Shown piece after piece: positions 32,443 through 40,626 of a DNA stretch of 44,830 nucleotides; the stretch's first letter is position 1; the number at the start of each line of letters is the position of its first letter. A program made the translations under genes and the position numbers. Source of the stretch: a bacterium UBP17_UBA6191 (lineage in GTDB: Bacteria > Muiribacteriota > UBA6191); the NCBI GenBank assembly GCA_002422125.1, contig DITF01000020.1, positions 1 through 44,830 on the forward strand. The letters are read 5' to 3'. The notes under the pieces are model-generated. The model searched no databases. It was not told the DNA's origin and saw only the letters and a program-made list of their open reading frames with translations.

Positions 32443-33672
32443 ATGGAATACATCATTGTTGGTGGTGGATTGGCCGGAATTGCGGCCGCCCGTGAATTGG
32501 AAAGACATAAAAAGGACTACCTCCTGATGGAAGCAGGGCCCTGCCTTGGTGGTCGAGTAGGATCTGATTTTGAGAATGGATTTATTCTGGATCACGGCTT
32601 TCAAATCATTTTGGATAGCTACCCTGAGCTGAACTCCCGCCTGAACTTAGAAGAACTCGATATGAGGCCCTTTCGCAAAAGCGCGATTCTTATGAAAAAC
32701 TACCGGTGCTATTGCCTATGGAAAGCCAAGGATCTGTATCTAGCTTGGAAAGATGGACTATTTTGTCTTAGTGATGTAATTCCATTTGTCAGATTGGCAT
32801 TTAGGATTCTGGGTAAGGATCCTGAAGGCTTGATGAACCGTGATAATACTTCTGTAGCATCGCAGCTCAAAGAGCTGGGGTTCTCAAAAGAGATCCGTCA
32901 AAGTTTTTGGAATCCCTTTTTGGCCGGAATTTTTTTAGACAATACATTGAGCGTTTCTGGGGGCATGTTGATGTTTGTTTTAAGGATGCTTTGGGACGGT
33001 ACGGCCTGTGTGCCAAAAGGAGGGATGAAAGTCCTTGTAGACCGTCTGGCAGAGTCAATACCCACAGACAAAATTCGCTTAAATTCTGAGGTGCGCTCCG
33101 TAAACTCTGGGTCTGTTACCCTAAGCGACAAACAAGAGCTTTGTGCCAAAAAGGTAATTTTGTGTCTGGATATATTTAACGCACACCGGGTCATGGGAGT
33201 TGTTGCTCCTCCCCCTGGAATGGGTTGTACAACTCTATATTTTAAGGCCCCCAAGTCCCCGGTTTCTGAACCTGCCCTGATTATAAACTCCGAGGATGAG
33301 GGGCTTCTCAATCATCTGGCCGTGATGAGTGATGTCAGTGAATCTTATGCCCCAGAGGGACAGGCCCTGATTGCCGCCACCGTTTTAGGAACCTCTAGTT
33401 GGGGAGACAATCAAGATCAATGCAAAAATGTCCTTGAATTATGTAAAAAATGGTTTGGCGATGAGGTAAAGCAATGGAAACTGATAAAAACCTCCAGAAT
33501 TCTCAATGCCCATCCAGCCAATACCCCGGATGCATTTGCCTTAAAAATCAAAAACTTTAGAGTGTCTCCCCAGATATTTATTGCTGGGGATTATTTGGAG
33601 TCTCCATCTATTCAAAGTGCTCTAAGAATGGGAAGACTAGCCGCTGTTGAAGCCTTACAAGCAAAAGACTAA
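32443..33672 (+). CDS. FAD/NAD(P)-dependent oxidoreductase (amine-oxidase/desaturase-like fold)
   Basis: 409 aa with an N-terminal dinucleotide-binding motif (IIVGGGLAGIAAARELERHKKDYLLMEAGPCLGGRV). Confidence 0.8.
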   Translation: MEYIIVGGGLAGIAAARELERHKKDYLLMEAGPCLGGRVGSDFENGFILDHGFQIILDSYPELNSRLNLEELDMRPFRKSAILMKNYRCYCLWKAKDLYLAWKDGLFCLSDVIPFVRLAFRILGKDPEGLMNRDNTSVASQLKELGFSKEIRQSFWNPFLAGIFLDNTLSVSGGMLMFVLRMLWDGTACVPKGGMKVLVDRLAESIPTDKIRLNSEVRSVNSGSVTLSDKQELCAKKVILCLDIFNAHRVMGVVAPPPGMGCTTLYFKAPKSPVSEPALIINSEDEGLLNHLAVMSDVSESYAPEGQALIAATVLGTSSWGDNQDQCKNVLELCKKWFGDEVKQWKLIKTSRILNAHPANTPDAFALKIKNFRVSPQIFIAGDYLESPSIQSALRMGRLAAVEALQAKD

Positions 33673-34202
33673 TCTAAAAAATCCAGATTGATATGACAGG
33701 CTCGCCCGGTCTTTTCATTGTATTGCTGATGATATTCCTCAGCCTTCCAAAACTGTTGGGCTTTGGCAATCTGGGTCGCAATGGGCCTGGAAAATTTTTT
33801 GGATTCTTCCAGAGATTTTTGAAATTCACGGATGGTTTTTTCCTGTTCATCCTCGTAATAAAAAATTGCCGAACGATACTGGGTTCCAATATCCGGCCCC
33901 TGCCGATTCACCTGGGTTGGATCGTGAAGTTTGTAAAAAATATCCAAAAGGCGCAAAAGACTAACCTTGGACTCATCATATTTAAGCCAGACCACTTCGG
34001 CATGTCCGGTATCCCCATTACAGACCTCGCGGTATGTGGGAAACTCTGTGTCACCCCCAGAATACCCAACCCCTGCATCGATAACCCCACTGACTTTTCT
34101 GAAGGCATATTCAACCCCCCAAAAACAGCCAGCCCCAAACATGATCTCTTTTTCCAAAGCCATAAGACTCCCATGCAACAACAATAGTAGTAATAATTTC
34201 AT
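33669..34202 (-). CDS. msrA: Peptide-methionine (S)-S-oxide reductase MsrA, possibly exported
   Basis: It has the catalytic GAGCFWGVE motif and typical MsrA length. The first ATG gives a signal-like MKLLLLLLLHGSLMA. An alternative internal start at 34163 (MALEKEIMFGAGCFWG) would give a cytoplasmic form. Confidence 0.9.
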   Translation of the reverse strand: MKLLLLLLLHGSLMALEKEIMFGAGCFWGVEYAFRKVSGVIDAGVGYSGGDTEFPTYREVCNGDTGHAEVVWLKYDESKVSLLRLLDIFYKLHDPTQVNRQGPDIGTQYRSAIFYYEDEQEKTIREFQKSLEESKKFSRPIATQIAKAQQFWKAEEYHQQYNEKTGRACHINLDFLD

Positions 34203-34203
34203 T

Positions 34204-34908
34204 TTAAAAACTCATTTGAATTCGGGCCTTGACCCTTTCACAATAATCCAGCAAATTCTGAAACCGCAAAAACTCTGTCTTTAAAGGCGAGTCAAAAGGC
34301 GGATAGTGGATATTAGCCAAAAATGCAAAGACCGTCATATCCACCATAGTCATATTCATGCCATGGATATAATGCTGTTTGCCCAAAACTCGCGAAATTG
34401 CCTCCAGATCTTTGCGGCCTATGGCATAAATCTGATCTCTTGAGTTTCTTAATATACCTTGGGCCCAAAGCTGAGAAGCGATTTGCCTTTGGATGTACCA
34501 CCTTGGAATCTTTCGCAAGATCTCAGGAACTTTTACCAAGAGCCCATCCGATATCTTCTGAAAATTATTGGGCTCCATCCATCTGGAATACACCATACAA
34601 AAATAAAGGCTGTCCTGACACAAACAATCAACCATGCGGCTGATGCCCCGTTGCTTCTCGTCCAGGGTAAAGTCCATATTAATGCGAAAATGTTCGTCCA
34701 GATAAGGCAGGATACGATTTGAATCTGAAATTATTCTGGAGTCATGAATTATATAGGGAACTTTTCCGGTAGGAGAGCCTTTAAGGCTGCTGATCTCATT
34801 GACCCTGTATTCAATCCCATGAAAGACTAAATACAGTTCCACCTTCAGGCAAAATGGACTGTAGTTGGGAAAAGCCTTGGCCCTAGGGAACTGATGTAGT
34901 TCAAGCAT
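34204..34908 (-). CDS. Glutathione S-transferase-family protein (metaxin/FAX-like subgroup)
   Basis: 234 aa. SPFCLKVELYLVFHGIEY...GKVPYII is a thioredoxin-like GST N-domain, followed by a helical C-domain. The promoter TTGATA-17-TAGAAT lies 6 nt from the ATG. Confidence 0.7.
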   Translation of the reverse strand: MLELHQFPRAKAFPNYSPFCLKVELYLVFHGIEYRVNEISSLKGSPTGKVPYIIHDSRIISDSNRILPYLDEHFRINMDFTLDEKQRGISRMVDCLCQDSLYFCMVYSRWMEPNNFQKISDGLLVKVPEILRKIPRWYIQRQIASQLWAQGILRNSRDQIYAIGRKDLEAISRVLGKQHYIHGMNMTMVDMTVFAFLANIHYPPFDSPLKTEFLRFQNLLDYCERVKARIQMSF

Positions 34909-34914
34909 AGCTGA

Positions 34915-34943
34915 ATTCTATCCCACCTTGACACTCTTATCAA
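34915..34943 (-). promoter_or_regulatory. Sigma70-type promoter of the GST-msrA unit, leaderless geometry
   Basis: On the minus strand: TTGATA (34943-34938), a 17-nt spacer, TAGAAT (34920-34915), 6 nt, then ATG (34908). There is no SD. Confidence 0.5.
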
Positions 34944-35000
34944 ATGTCGTAGCAGAAAATTATTACCCAATTTAGTCTAATTCGACTATGATAGATTTGT

Positions 35001-35231
35001 ATGTCACAGAACCACTCTGAGAAATCCAGCAATTATGTTCTGCATATTCTTTGTCTGTTTTTGATACTGGCCCTGATGCTGACTGCGCCTTTTTACCATA
35101 TCGTTTCCAGTCCTAAGGGTTATCACATAGTCAGTCGTGATCATCCCGGTATTGGACCCTTGTTTATGGACACCAAAAAGTCTTTGCGACACCCTGATCT
35201 AATTCCCGTAAAAGTCAGAGAAAGTCTTTAA
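35001..35231 (+). CDS. Hypothetical small single-TM protein
   Basis: 76 aa with one hydrophobic helix (VLHILCLFLILALMLTAPF). YHIVSSPKGYHIVSRD is an internal repeat. TATGAT lies 8 nt upstream of the ATG, and a hairpin terminator follows. Coding status is uncertain. Confidence 0.3.
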   Translation: MSQNHSEKSSNYVLHILCLFLILALMLTAPFYHIVSSPKGYHIVSRDHPGIGPLFMDTKKSLRHPDLIPVKVRESL

Positions 35232-35245
35232 TAGTTAAATAAAAT

Positions 35246-35268
35246 GGGGCCACAGAATATGTGGCCCC
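35246..35268. terminator. Bidirectional hairpin terminator between convergent genes
   Basis: GGGGCCAC-agaatat-GTGGCCCC is a perfect 8-bp stem. On the minus strand it is followed by ATTTTATTT, after the ankyrin gene. On the plus strand it is followed by acccttcctttt, after the small ORF. Confidence 0.6.
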
Positions 35269-35278
35269 ACCCTTCCTT

Positions 35279-35815
35279 TTATTGACCTAATACATCTAAC
35301 ATTTCATCATTACCTTGACTCACAGCCAAAGACTTGGCTGAAAAGCCATTTTGATCCATTAACGATTTGTCTGCCCCTCTTTCAATCAATTTTTCGGCAA
35401 TGTCTTTGCGACCAAACAGGGAGGCATACATCAAGGCAGTCTGTTCAGCATGGTTTTTAGTATTGACCGAACAAGCTGTATTCATCAGCCTTAAAGCTAT
35501 TCTGAAATTTCCCTTAAAAATGGCCCCCATTAAAGCTGAATTACCTCTGAGATCTTTCTGACAGGGATCTGCTCCCTGCTCTAATAAAAAATCAACGGTA
35601 TCTTCCTGCCCATAATACGCCGCATATATTAAAGCCGTATAACCACGGGAATCCGCAATTCCGATAGGAACACCTGCTTTGAATTCTTCCCTCAGAACTG
35701 TTACATTCCCAACCTTGGCAGCCTCATAATAGTCTTTTAAAGCCTCATCCACGACCGCCTGATAACCCTCTGCAACTAGTCGAATGCTCAGTAACAAGAT
35801 TAGAATAATCCTCAT
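35279..35815 (-). CDS. Exported ankyrin-repeat protein (AnkB-like catalase partner)
   Basis: 178 aa with a signal/anchor (MRIILILLLSIRLVAEG). It has at least 4 ankyrin repeats (GYTALIYAAYYGQEDTVDFLLEQGADP..., GNSALMGA..., QTALMYASLFGRKDIAEKLIERGAD...). There is an ATGA overlap with the catalase stop. The gene order mirrors katB-ankB of Pseudomonas aeruginosa. Confidence 0.85.
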   Translation of the reverse strand: MRIILILLLSIRLVAEGYQAVVDEALKDYYEAAKVGNVTVLREEFKAGVPIGIADSRGYTALIYAAYYGQEDTVDFLLEQGADPCQKDLRGNSALMGAIFKGNFRIALRLMNTACSVNTKNHAEQTALMYASLFGRKDIAEKLIERGADKSLMDQNGFSAKSLAVSQGNDEMLDVLGQ

Positions 35816-37377
35816 TTTTGCCTCTTAACCATATCTGCGACTGACTTTACCTTGCTTAAGGGTACATTTACGGACTCAGCCAACCTTCTGCCGTAATCCT
35901 CATCAGACAAATAGGCATGAGCCACAATTTTTGCGCGAATTTCCAGACTTTTGACCTGACCCAAATCAGCCGCAAAATTCTTAATCAGATTTGCCTTTTC
36001 ATTAACCGACATTTTTCTATACACCTCACCAGGTTGTAGGAAGTGATCGGTTTTACGGATCGCTTCCTGCTGGGTTCGGCCTTTGAGCATTACCGAACTG
36101 TTTCTGGCACGGCTGTCCTGACTGTAGATACCTTCCTCGCGGGATAGGCTCGTTTGGTCATAACCGTTGGGCTGATAGTTGACAGATGTTTTGGTATGTA
36201 AAAAATTTCCTGACCCATCCTGATTGTGAGTGTTAATTTCAGATTTGGCTCGATTGACCGGAAAGTATTGATAGTTGACTCCCAAACGGTATCTTTGTGT
36301 ATCCGAATAGGAAAATAATCTTCCCTGAAGTAATCTGTCTTCGGAGGGCTCAATACCTGGAACCATCACAGCAGGAGAGAAAGCTGACTGCTCACTAAAC
36401 TGAAAAAAGTTGTCTGGAACCCTATTTAGAGTCATCTTCCCCAGGGTCAGACACTTGATCCCATCCATATCGCAGTACCAATCAATCGTGGCATCCAGTG
36501 GGTTAAAACTGTAAGAATTTACCTGAGACGGATCCATTATCAGTGCCTGTAATTCCCAGGAAGGATAGATCCCCGCATCCAATTTTTGATATAAATCTCT
36601 AGTCATATGCCCAAAATCTTGGCCCTGGATCCTAGTATTATCTGTCAAGGTGTGACTTCTAACACCCTGCTGAGATAACCAGCGAAATTTGACATACTTA
36701 AAATTATACTCCTTGTTTACGAACTTGTATGCATGAACACCATTTCCATCCATTTCTCTGTAAGTGGCTGGTGTACCCAAATCGCTATAAAGCACCGTCA
36801 GCATGTGAGTACTTTCTGGGTGGAAGGCAAAAAAATCAAAAAATCGATTGGGATCCTGCTGATTTGTTCTGGGGTCCGGCTTTAAGCTATGTACCATATC
36901 AGGAAACTTCATGGCATCACGAATAAAAAACACGGGTAGATTGTTACCTACCAAGTCCCAATTACCCTCATCAGTGTAAAACTTAACTGCAAATCCTCTG
37001 GGATCTCTTAAAGTTTCAGGAGAATCTTTGGAATGGACCACAGATGAAAAGCGCACAAATACTTCTGTTTTTTTACCTTTAGCCTGAAATGGAGCTGCCA
37101 TGCTTAAATCTGAGAAATCTGAGTAACTTATAAATTCTCCATGTGCCCCCGCACCACGGGCATGTACCACTCGTTCAGGGATTCTCTCCCGATCAAAACG
37201 AGCCAGCTTCTCAATCAGATGGAAATCTTCTAACAAAACGGAACCATTTGGCCCAGCTGTCTTAGAATTTTGATTGTCCCCTACAGCAGCACCAGTTTCT
37301 CTAGTCAATGTTGTCGCACTATTGGTGGACACCAGAACGAGAGCCACTGCCAATCCTTTTAAAAAAGATGCACTCAT
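35812..37377 (-). CDS. Monofunctional heme catalase with an N-terminal signal peptide
   Basis: 521 aa. FDRERIPERVVHARGAGAHGEF is the catalase active-site region. The N-terminus MSASFLKGLAVALVLVSTNSA is signal-like. A strong SD (AAGGAG) lies upstream. Confidence 0.95.
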   Translation of the reverse strand: MSASFLKGLAVALVLVSTNSATTLTRETGAAVGDNQNSKTAGPNGSVLLEDFHLIEKLARFDRERIPERVVHARGAGAHGEFISYSDFSDLSMAAPFQAKGKKTEVFVRFSSVVHSKDSPETLRDPRGFAVKFYTDEGNWDLVGNNLPVFFIRDAMKFPDMVHSLKPDPRTNQQDPNRFFDFFAFHPESTHMLTVLYSDLGTPATYREMDGNGVHAYKFVNKEYNFKYVKFRWLSQQGVRSHTLTDNTRIQGQDFGHMTRDLYQKLDAGIYPSWELQALIMDPSQVNSYSFNPLDATIDWYCDMDGIKCLTLGKMTLNRVPDNFFQFSEQSAFSPAVMVPGIEPSEDRLLQGRLFSYSDTQRYRLGVNYQYFPVNRAKSEINTHNQDGSGNFLHTKTSVNYQPNGYDQTSLSREEGIYSQDSRARNSSVMLKGRTQQEAIRKTDHFLQPGEVYRKMSVNEKANLIKNFAADLGQVKSLEIRAKIVAHAYLSDEDYGRRLAESVNVPLSKVKSVADMVKRQK

Positions 37378-37403
37378 TTATATCTCCTTAGTTATAAAAC
37401 ATA

Positions 37404-37429
37404 TTTTAGAATTACTCTATTTTTAGAAT
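37404..37429. promoter_or_regulatory. Direct repeat in the catalase upstream region (candidate operator)
   Basis: TTTTAGAAT occurs at 37404-37412 and again at 37421-37429, a 17-bp period. This is 27-52 nt upstream of the catalase ATG (37377). Confidence 0.3.
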
Positions 37430-37495
37430 AAGTCTAAAGTATTGATTTTGCAACGAGTGAGACATCCTATTTTTTTTAGAGCACTTTCATGCGCT

Positions 37496-37530
37496 AAAAA
37501 AAGAAGCCCGCAGAAAAATCTGCGGGCTTC
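37496..37530 (-). terminator. Rho-independent terminator after the lipoprotein gene
   Basis: On the minus strand: GAAGCCCGCAG-atttttc-CTGCGGGCTTC. This is a perfect 11-bp GC-rich stem (37503-37513 / 37520-37530) followed by TTTTTTT. It lies 16 nt after the TAG stop at 37546. Confidence 0.75.
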
Positions 37531-37545
37531 CACATTTCAGAAGGC

Positions 37546-39762
37546 CTATTTTCCGGTTACATCCACACAGACCCGTGTCTGTTCTGTAGCTGTGCTGCCA
37601 GTTGCCAACCAGAGCATATTACCTCCACAGGTAGGTAGACCACTGGATTCCTCAAGGCTAGCACCGCCATTAGAAAATGGGGGGTTAGCTCCAATTTGAG
37701 ATCCACCAACTAGGGCAATGTACCCATTTGGCATCAAAGTGGCCATATAAGTAGTGGTGCCCGTGGCTGTCGTCGATTCAGCATTGAGCTGATTTGACTG
37801 ATACAGATACTGGGCCGTATTCGTCATAGAGAGCACACCAGATGAGTTTACACTCCACATACCTTTTAACAGAGTCGCGGCTACGCCCCTGTCAGCCAAT
37901 GTGCTACGAGTAGCGGCAAGATAAGTGCCGTTGCCATGAAACATGGCATTGGTAAAAGCAAAGGTTGTTCCCACAGTTACAGCGAACATCTGTTTGCTGC
38001 TTGAGAGCATCACAGAACTAATTGGGGCCGAAGTAAATCCACTAACATAAGAGGAAAATTTGGGTATAGAAACACAGGCTGTTGAAAGATCAGTAGCACT
38101 AACACCAGCATTCCAGATACGAACCTCGCGCAACCGTGAAGCATCGCCCCCATCACAGTGATTCATAGCAATCATGACCGCTTTAGAGCTTCCATCATTG
38201 GTTTCAAAGGATAGAGTCGAGGTTGTCTGAGCTGTAACCTTATACCCAACTGCTACTCGATTTGAATTTACCAAAGCCAGAGTGGTTCCGGTTGAACTTG
38301 CAGAATACAAAGCCGAACGATCAAGCCCCAACAGCCCACCATTTAAATACCAAGTACCTGTTTCCACAAATCTTTCAGGGGTGGAACCAGTGGTAACATA
38401 AGAATAGAACCAATCGCCTTTGTTAGAAGAATCCGCAAGGGTTGTAGAAGGTCTGGGGAAAAACAACATCTGACCATTAAACCGACCTAGTTTCTCCTGA
38501 GTAAATTCAAAGCTCTTGCCTTCAAACATAGCCACCGTAGTACCCGTCTCGGTAGGCGCAGTTGAGCCTTGAGTCACAATGATAGAAACAGATTTGGTGA
38601 TACTGTTAAATCCAGAGGGAGAAACCGGCACAGCCGTTAAAACAACTGCAAAAGTCCCGTTAGTAGCAGACTTAAATGTGTTTGTCAGTGTATGGGGGCC
38701 CGTCATCCGACCTGATAGTGAACCTGACAAAAGACTTCCGGCTGTAGCCCCTACTGAGGTGCTAACACTCCAAGTATAATCCCATACTACACCAGTAGTT
38801 GCCGCAACCATTCCCTTTAAAGAAACCGAAGTATCCGCCGCAACTATGTTATTGGTAACTCTTCGATCCGCAAACATAAGTTCAAGTCGGGGCTGATGCA
38901 GATTATCTGGCATCGGTTGTCTCACCAGACCCGTACCATTACGCATAGCCGTAATTTCTGGATTGTCATTAAATTGCGAATTTAAGCGACCATCCAGAAC
39001 CAGGGCATTAAATGCTGTGGTCACTGCGGCCAGAAAAGCCGTAGAAACGGCCCCATTGCTAACAGATTGAATATGGTCTTCAATAAAACGACCATAGTTT
39101 CGGTTGGCTTCTGGCTGTTGCTGGATAATTTTGTCAATACCGGCAAGAATTGCCCCGTATCTAACTCTTGAATTATCCGTTACTCCCGTGTTGGATGTTA
39201 CATCCGTAGGCATTACCCCCAAAATATTCACTCCCGTTAGGCCTAAATTTCTGGCAATACTTTGTGACACCAGACTCAAGCTATCAGGAACCAAAAGCCC
39301 TGGGTTTACTGTAAACTCACGGGCCACCATATGCGTAACCGGATTAACCGCAATAGCTGGAGGCGTAGTTCCACCCGGTTCCACAATAGCCACGGATTGA
39401 ATTGGATCTAAAGGTGAAACTGTACTGTCTGTTCCAGTGGCCTCAGAGCGATAAATACCGGCTGCTTCAATCATAATTGGACCAGAAAATGTAGCCGGAA
39501 GTTTTAAGTTAAAAGATCCGTCAGCACCGGAGGTTCCAGCAACAAGTCTGGTTCCCTTACCCTGGGCTGCCGCAGGATCAAAGGCATAGATTGTAATGTC
39601 CCCATTTCTGAATGGGCCCTTTGCCGCAGTACCAGAAATGGACAAAGTGGCGTCCGGGGTAGCCGCGCCCTCATCATCAACACTAAGACAACCCTGAATC
39701 CCTAAGGTTGTACAAAGAACCAGTCCAGATAACCAAAACAATCGCAGATTTTGCAGTTTCAT
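37546..39762 (-). CDS. Large Ser/Thr/Gly-rich putative lipoprotein
   Basis: 738 aa. The signal peptide ends in LGIQGC, a lipobox-like sequence with an atypical -2 residue. An N-terminal Ig/carboxypeptidase-regulatory-like beta segment (GPFRNGDITIYAFD...GADGSFNLKLP) is present, with a PKD-like middle segment. SD GGAGGTG lies upstream, and a strong terminator follows downstream. Confidence 0.7.
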   Translation of the reverse strand: MKLQNLRLFWLSGLVLCTTLGIQGCLSVDDEGAATPDATLSISGTAAKGPFRNGDITIYAFDPAAAQGKGTRLVAGTSGADGSFNLKLPATFSGPIMIEAAGIYRSEATGTDSTVSPLDPIQSVAIVEPGGTTPPAIAVNPVTHMVAREFTVNPGLLVPDSLSLVSQSIARNLGLTGVNILGVMPTDVTSNTGVTDNSRVRYGAILAGIDKIIQQQPEANRNYGRFIEDHIQSVSNGAVSTAFLAAVTTAFNALVLDGRLNSQFNDNPEITAMRNGTGLVRQPMPDNLHQPRLELMFADRRVTNNIVAADTSVSLKGMVAATTGVVWDYTWSVSTSVGATAGSLLSGSLSGRMTGPHTLTNTFKSATNGTFAVVLTAVPVSPSGFNSITKSVSIIVTQGSTAPTETGTTVAMFEGKSFEFTQEKLGRFNGQMLFFPRPSTTLADSSNKGDWFYSYVTTGSTPERFVETGTWYLNGGLLGLDRSALYSASSTGTTLALVNSNRVAVGYKVTAQTTSTLSFETNDGSSKAVMIAMNHCDGGDASRLREVRIWNAGVSATDLSTACVSIPKFSSYVSGFTSAPISSVMLSSSKQMFAVTVGTTFAFTNAMFHGNGTYLAATRSTLADRGVAATLLKGMWSVNSSGVLSMTNTAQYLYQSNQLNAESTTATGTTTYMATLMPNGYIALVGGSQIGANPPFSNGGASLEESSGLPTCGGNMLWLATGSTATEQTRVCVDVTGK

Positions 39763-39828
39763 AACACCTCCACGATCATCTTATCTTTTATTTTTTGGCG
39801 CGCAATATCTCAGATAGGACTTTTTTAC

Positions 39829-40575
39829 CTAAGTTGACAAAAATTCTTCTACAAGCAATTTTGCACGCACTCTTTCTTCTGAAGTCACCCTATCCTCAAG
39901 CTTCAGCCAATCCTCTCTGATTGTTTCATTGCCTTTTTGCATGGCAATCCAGTACCAAGCCCAGGCTGAAACCAGCTCTTCGGCATGTAAATAGATTCTA
40001 CCCAGAAGCTCACAGGCTTTGGCATGACCATTCACACTAGCTAAATGGGCATAGTCAAGACACTCTAAAAGATCCTCATCAGAATTAAGATTATGAAAGA
40101 GATATAGAGACAAACGATATAAAACCTGTGAGCTGTCCCAATATTTCAGGGATTCTTTATATTTTTCAACCACCTCAAAATAGACCTGTTCCCTACTAGA
40201 CTCCAAAAACACGGCCTCAAAATAATGGATTGGGCCCTTAAAGACGGGATTGGTAACTTCAACCAGATAGTTTTTGGCCTGATTAAGATCTATAGTGCCT
40301 AAAAGCCCGTACCCATAAATCAGTGCAAGGGCAAAATGTGACTCGTCTCTTTCCATATCATCTTTGGCGGAATCTGCCCTCATTTGCAGCCAGGATAAAA
40401 CATCAAACCCCTTCTTCTCCAAGCCAACTAGCAGACGATGTAGAGTTTTTGCCCCCTCCTCATCCTTCTCCCAATACAGTCCATCTGCCAGGCATACAAG
40501 GTATAAAATAAGGCCCCGGATTTCTTTTGCATCTCCCTGCCCAACTTTTTGAGCCATTTCCTGCCAAGCCTGCAT
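39829..40575 (-). CDS. Helical-repeat (Sel1/TPR-like) protein
   Basis: The track start at 40596 is a TTG. I prefer the ATG at 40575 (MQAWQEMAQKVG...), which has GGGAGGAAA upstream. It has repeated alpha-helical units with A/G/Y patterns (ALALIYGYGLLG..., ACELLGRIYLHAEE...) that suggest Sel1-like repeats. Confidence 0.55.
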   Translation of the reverse strand: MQAWQEMAQKVGQGDAKEIRGLILYLVCLADGLYWEKDEEGAKTLHRLLVGLEKKGFDVLSWLQMRADSAKDDMERDESHFALALIYGYGLLGTIDLNQAKNYLVEVTNPVFKGPIHYFEAVFLESSREQVYFEVVEKYKESLKYWDSSQVLYRLSLYLFHNLNSDEDLLECLDYAHLASVNGHAKACELLGRIYLHAEELVSAWAWYWIAMQKGNETIREDWLKLEDRVTSEERVRAKLLVEEFLST

Positions 40576-40590
40576 GAATTGTTTCCTCCC

Positions 40591-40618
40591 TTGCAATGCG
40601 GATTATTCTAGTTATAGT
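40591..40618 (+). promoter_or_regulatory. Sigma70-type promoter of ORF 40627..41043
   Basis: TTGCAA (40591-40596), a 16-nt spacer, TATAGT (40613-40618), 8 nt, then ATG. There is no SD. Confidence 0.45.
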
Positions 40619-40626
40619 ATTGGGTT

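Noticed and set aside
32898-34187. Long antisense ORFs: 32898..33311 (-) within the oxidoreductase gene, and 33693..34187 (+) and 33967..34284 (+) opposite msrA. The same applies to 18417..18857 (+) opposite OMF 3.
   Set aside because: The opposite strand encodes proteins with clear family motifs (GxGxxG, GCFWG). The antisense products have no motifs and atypical composition.
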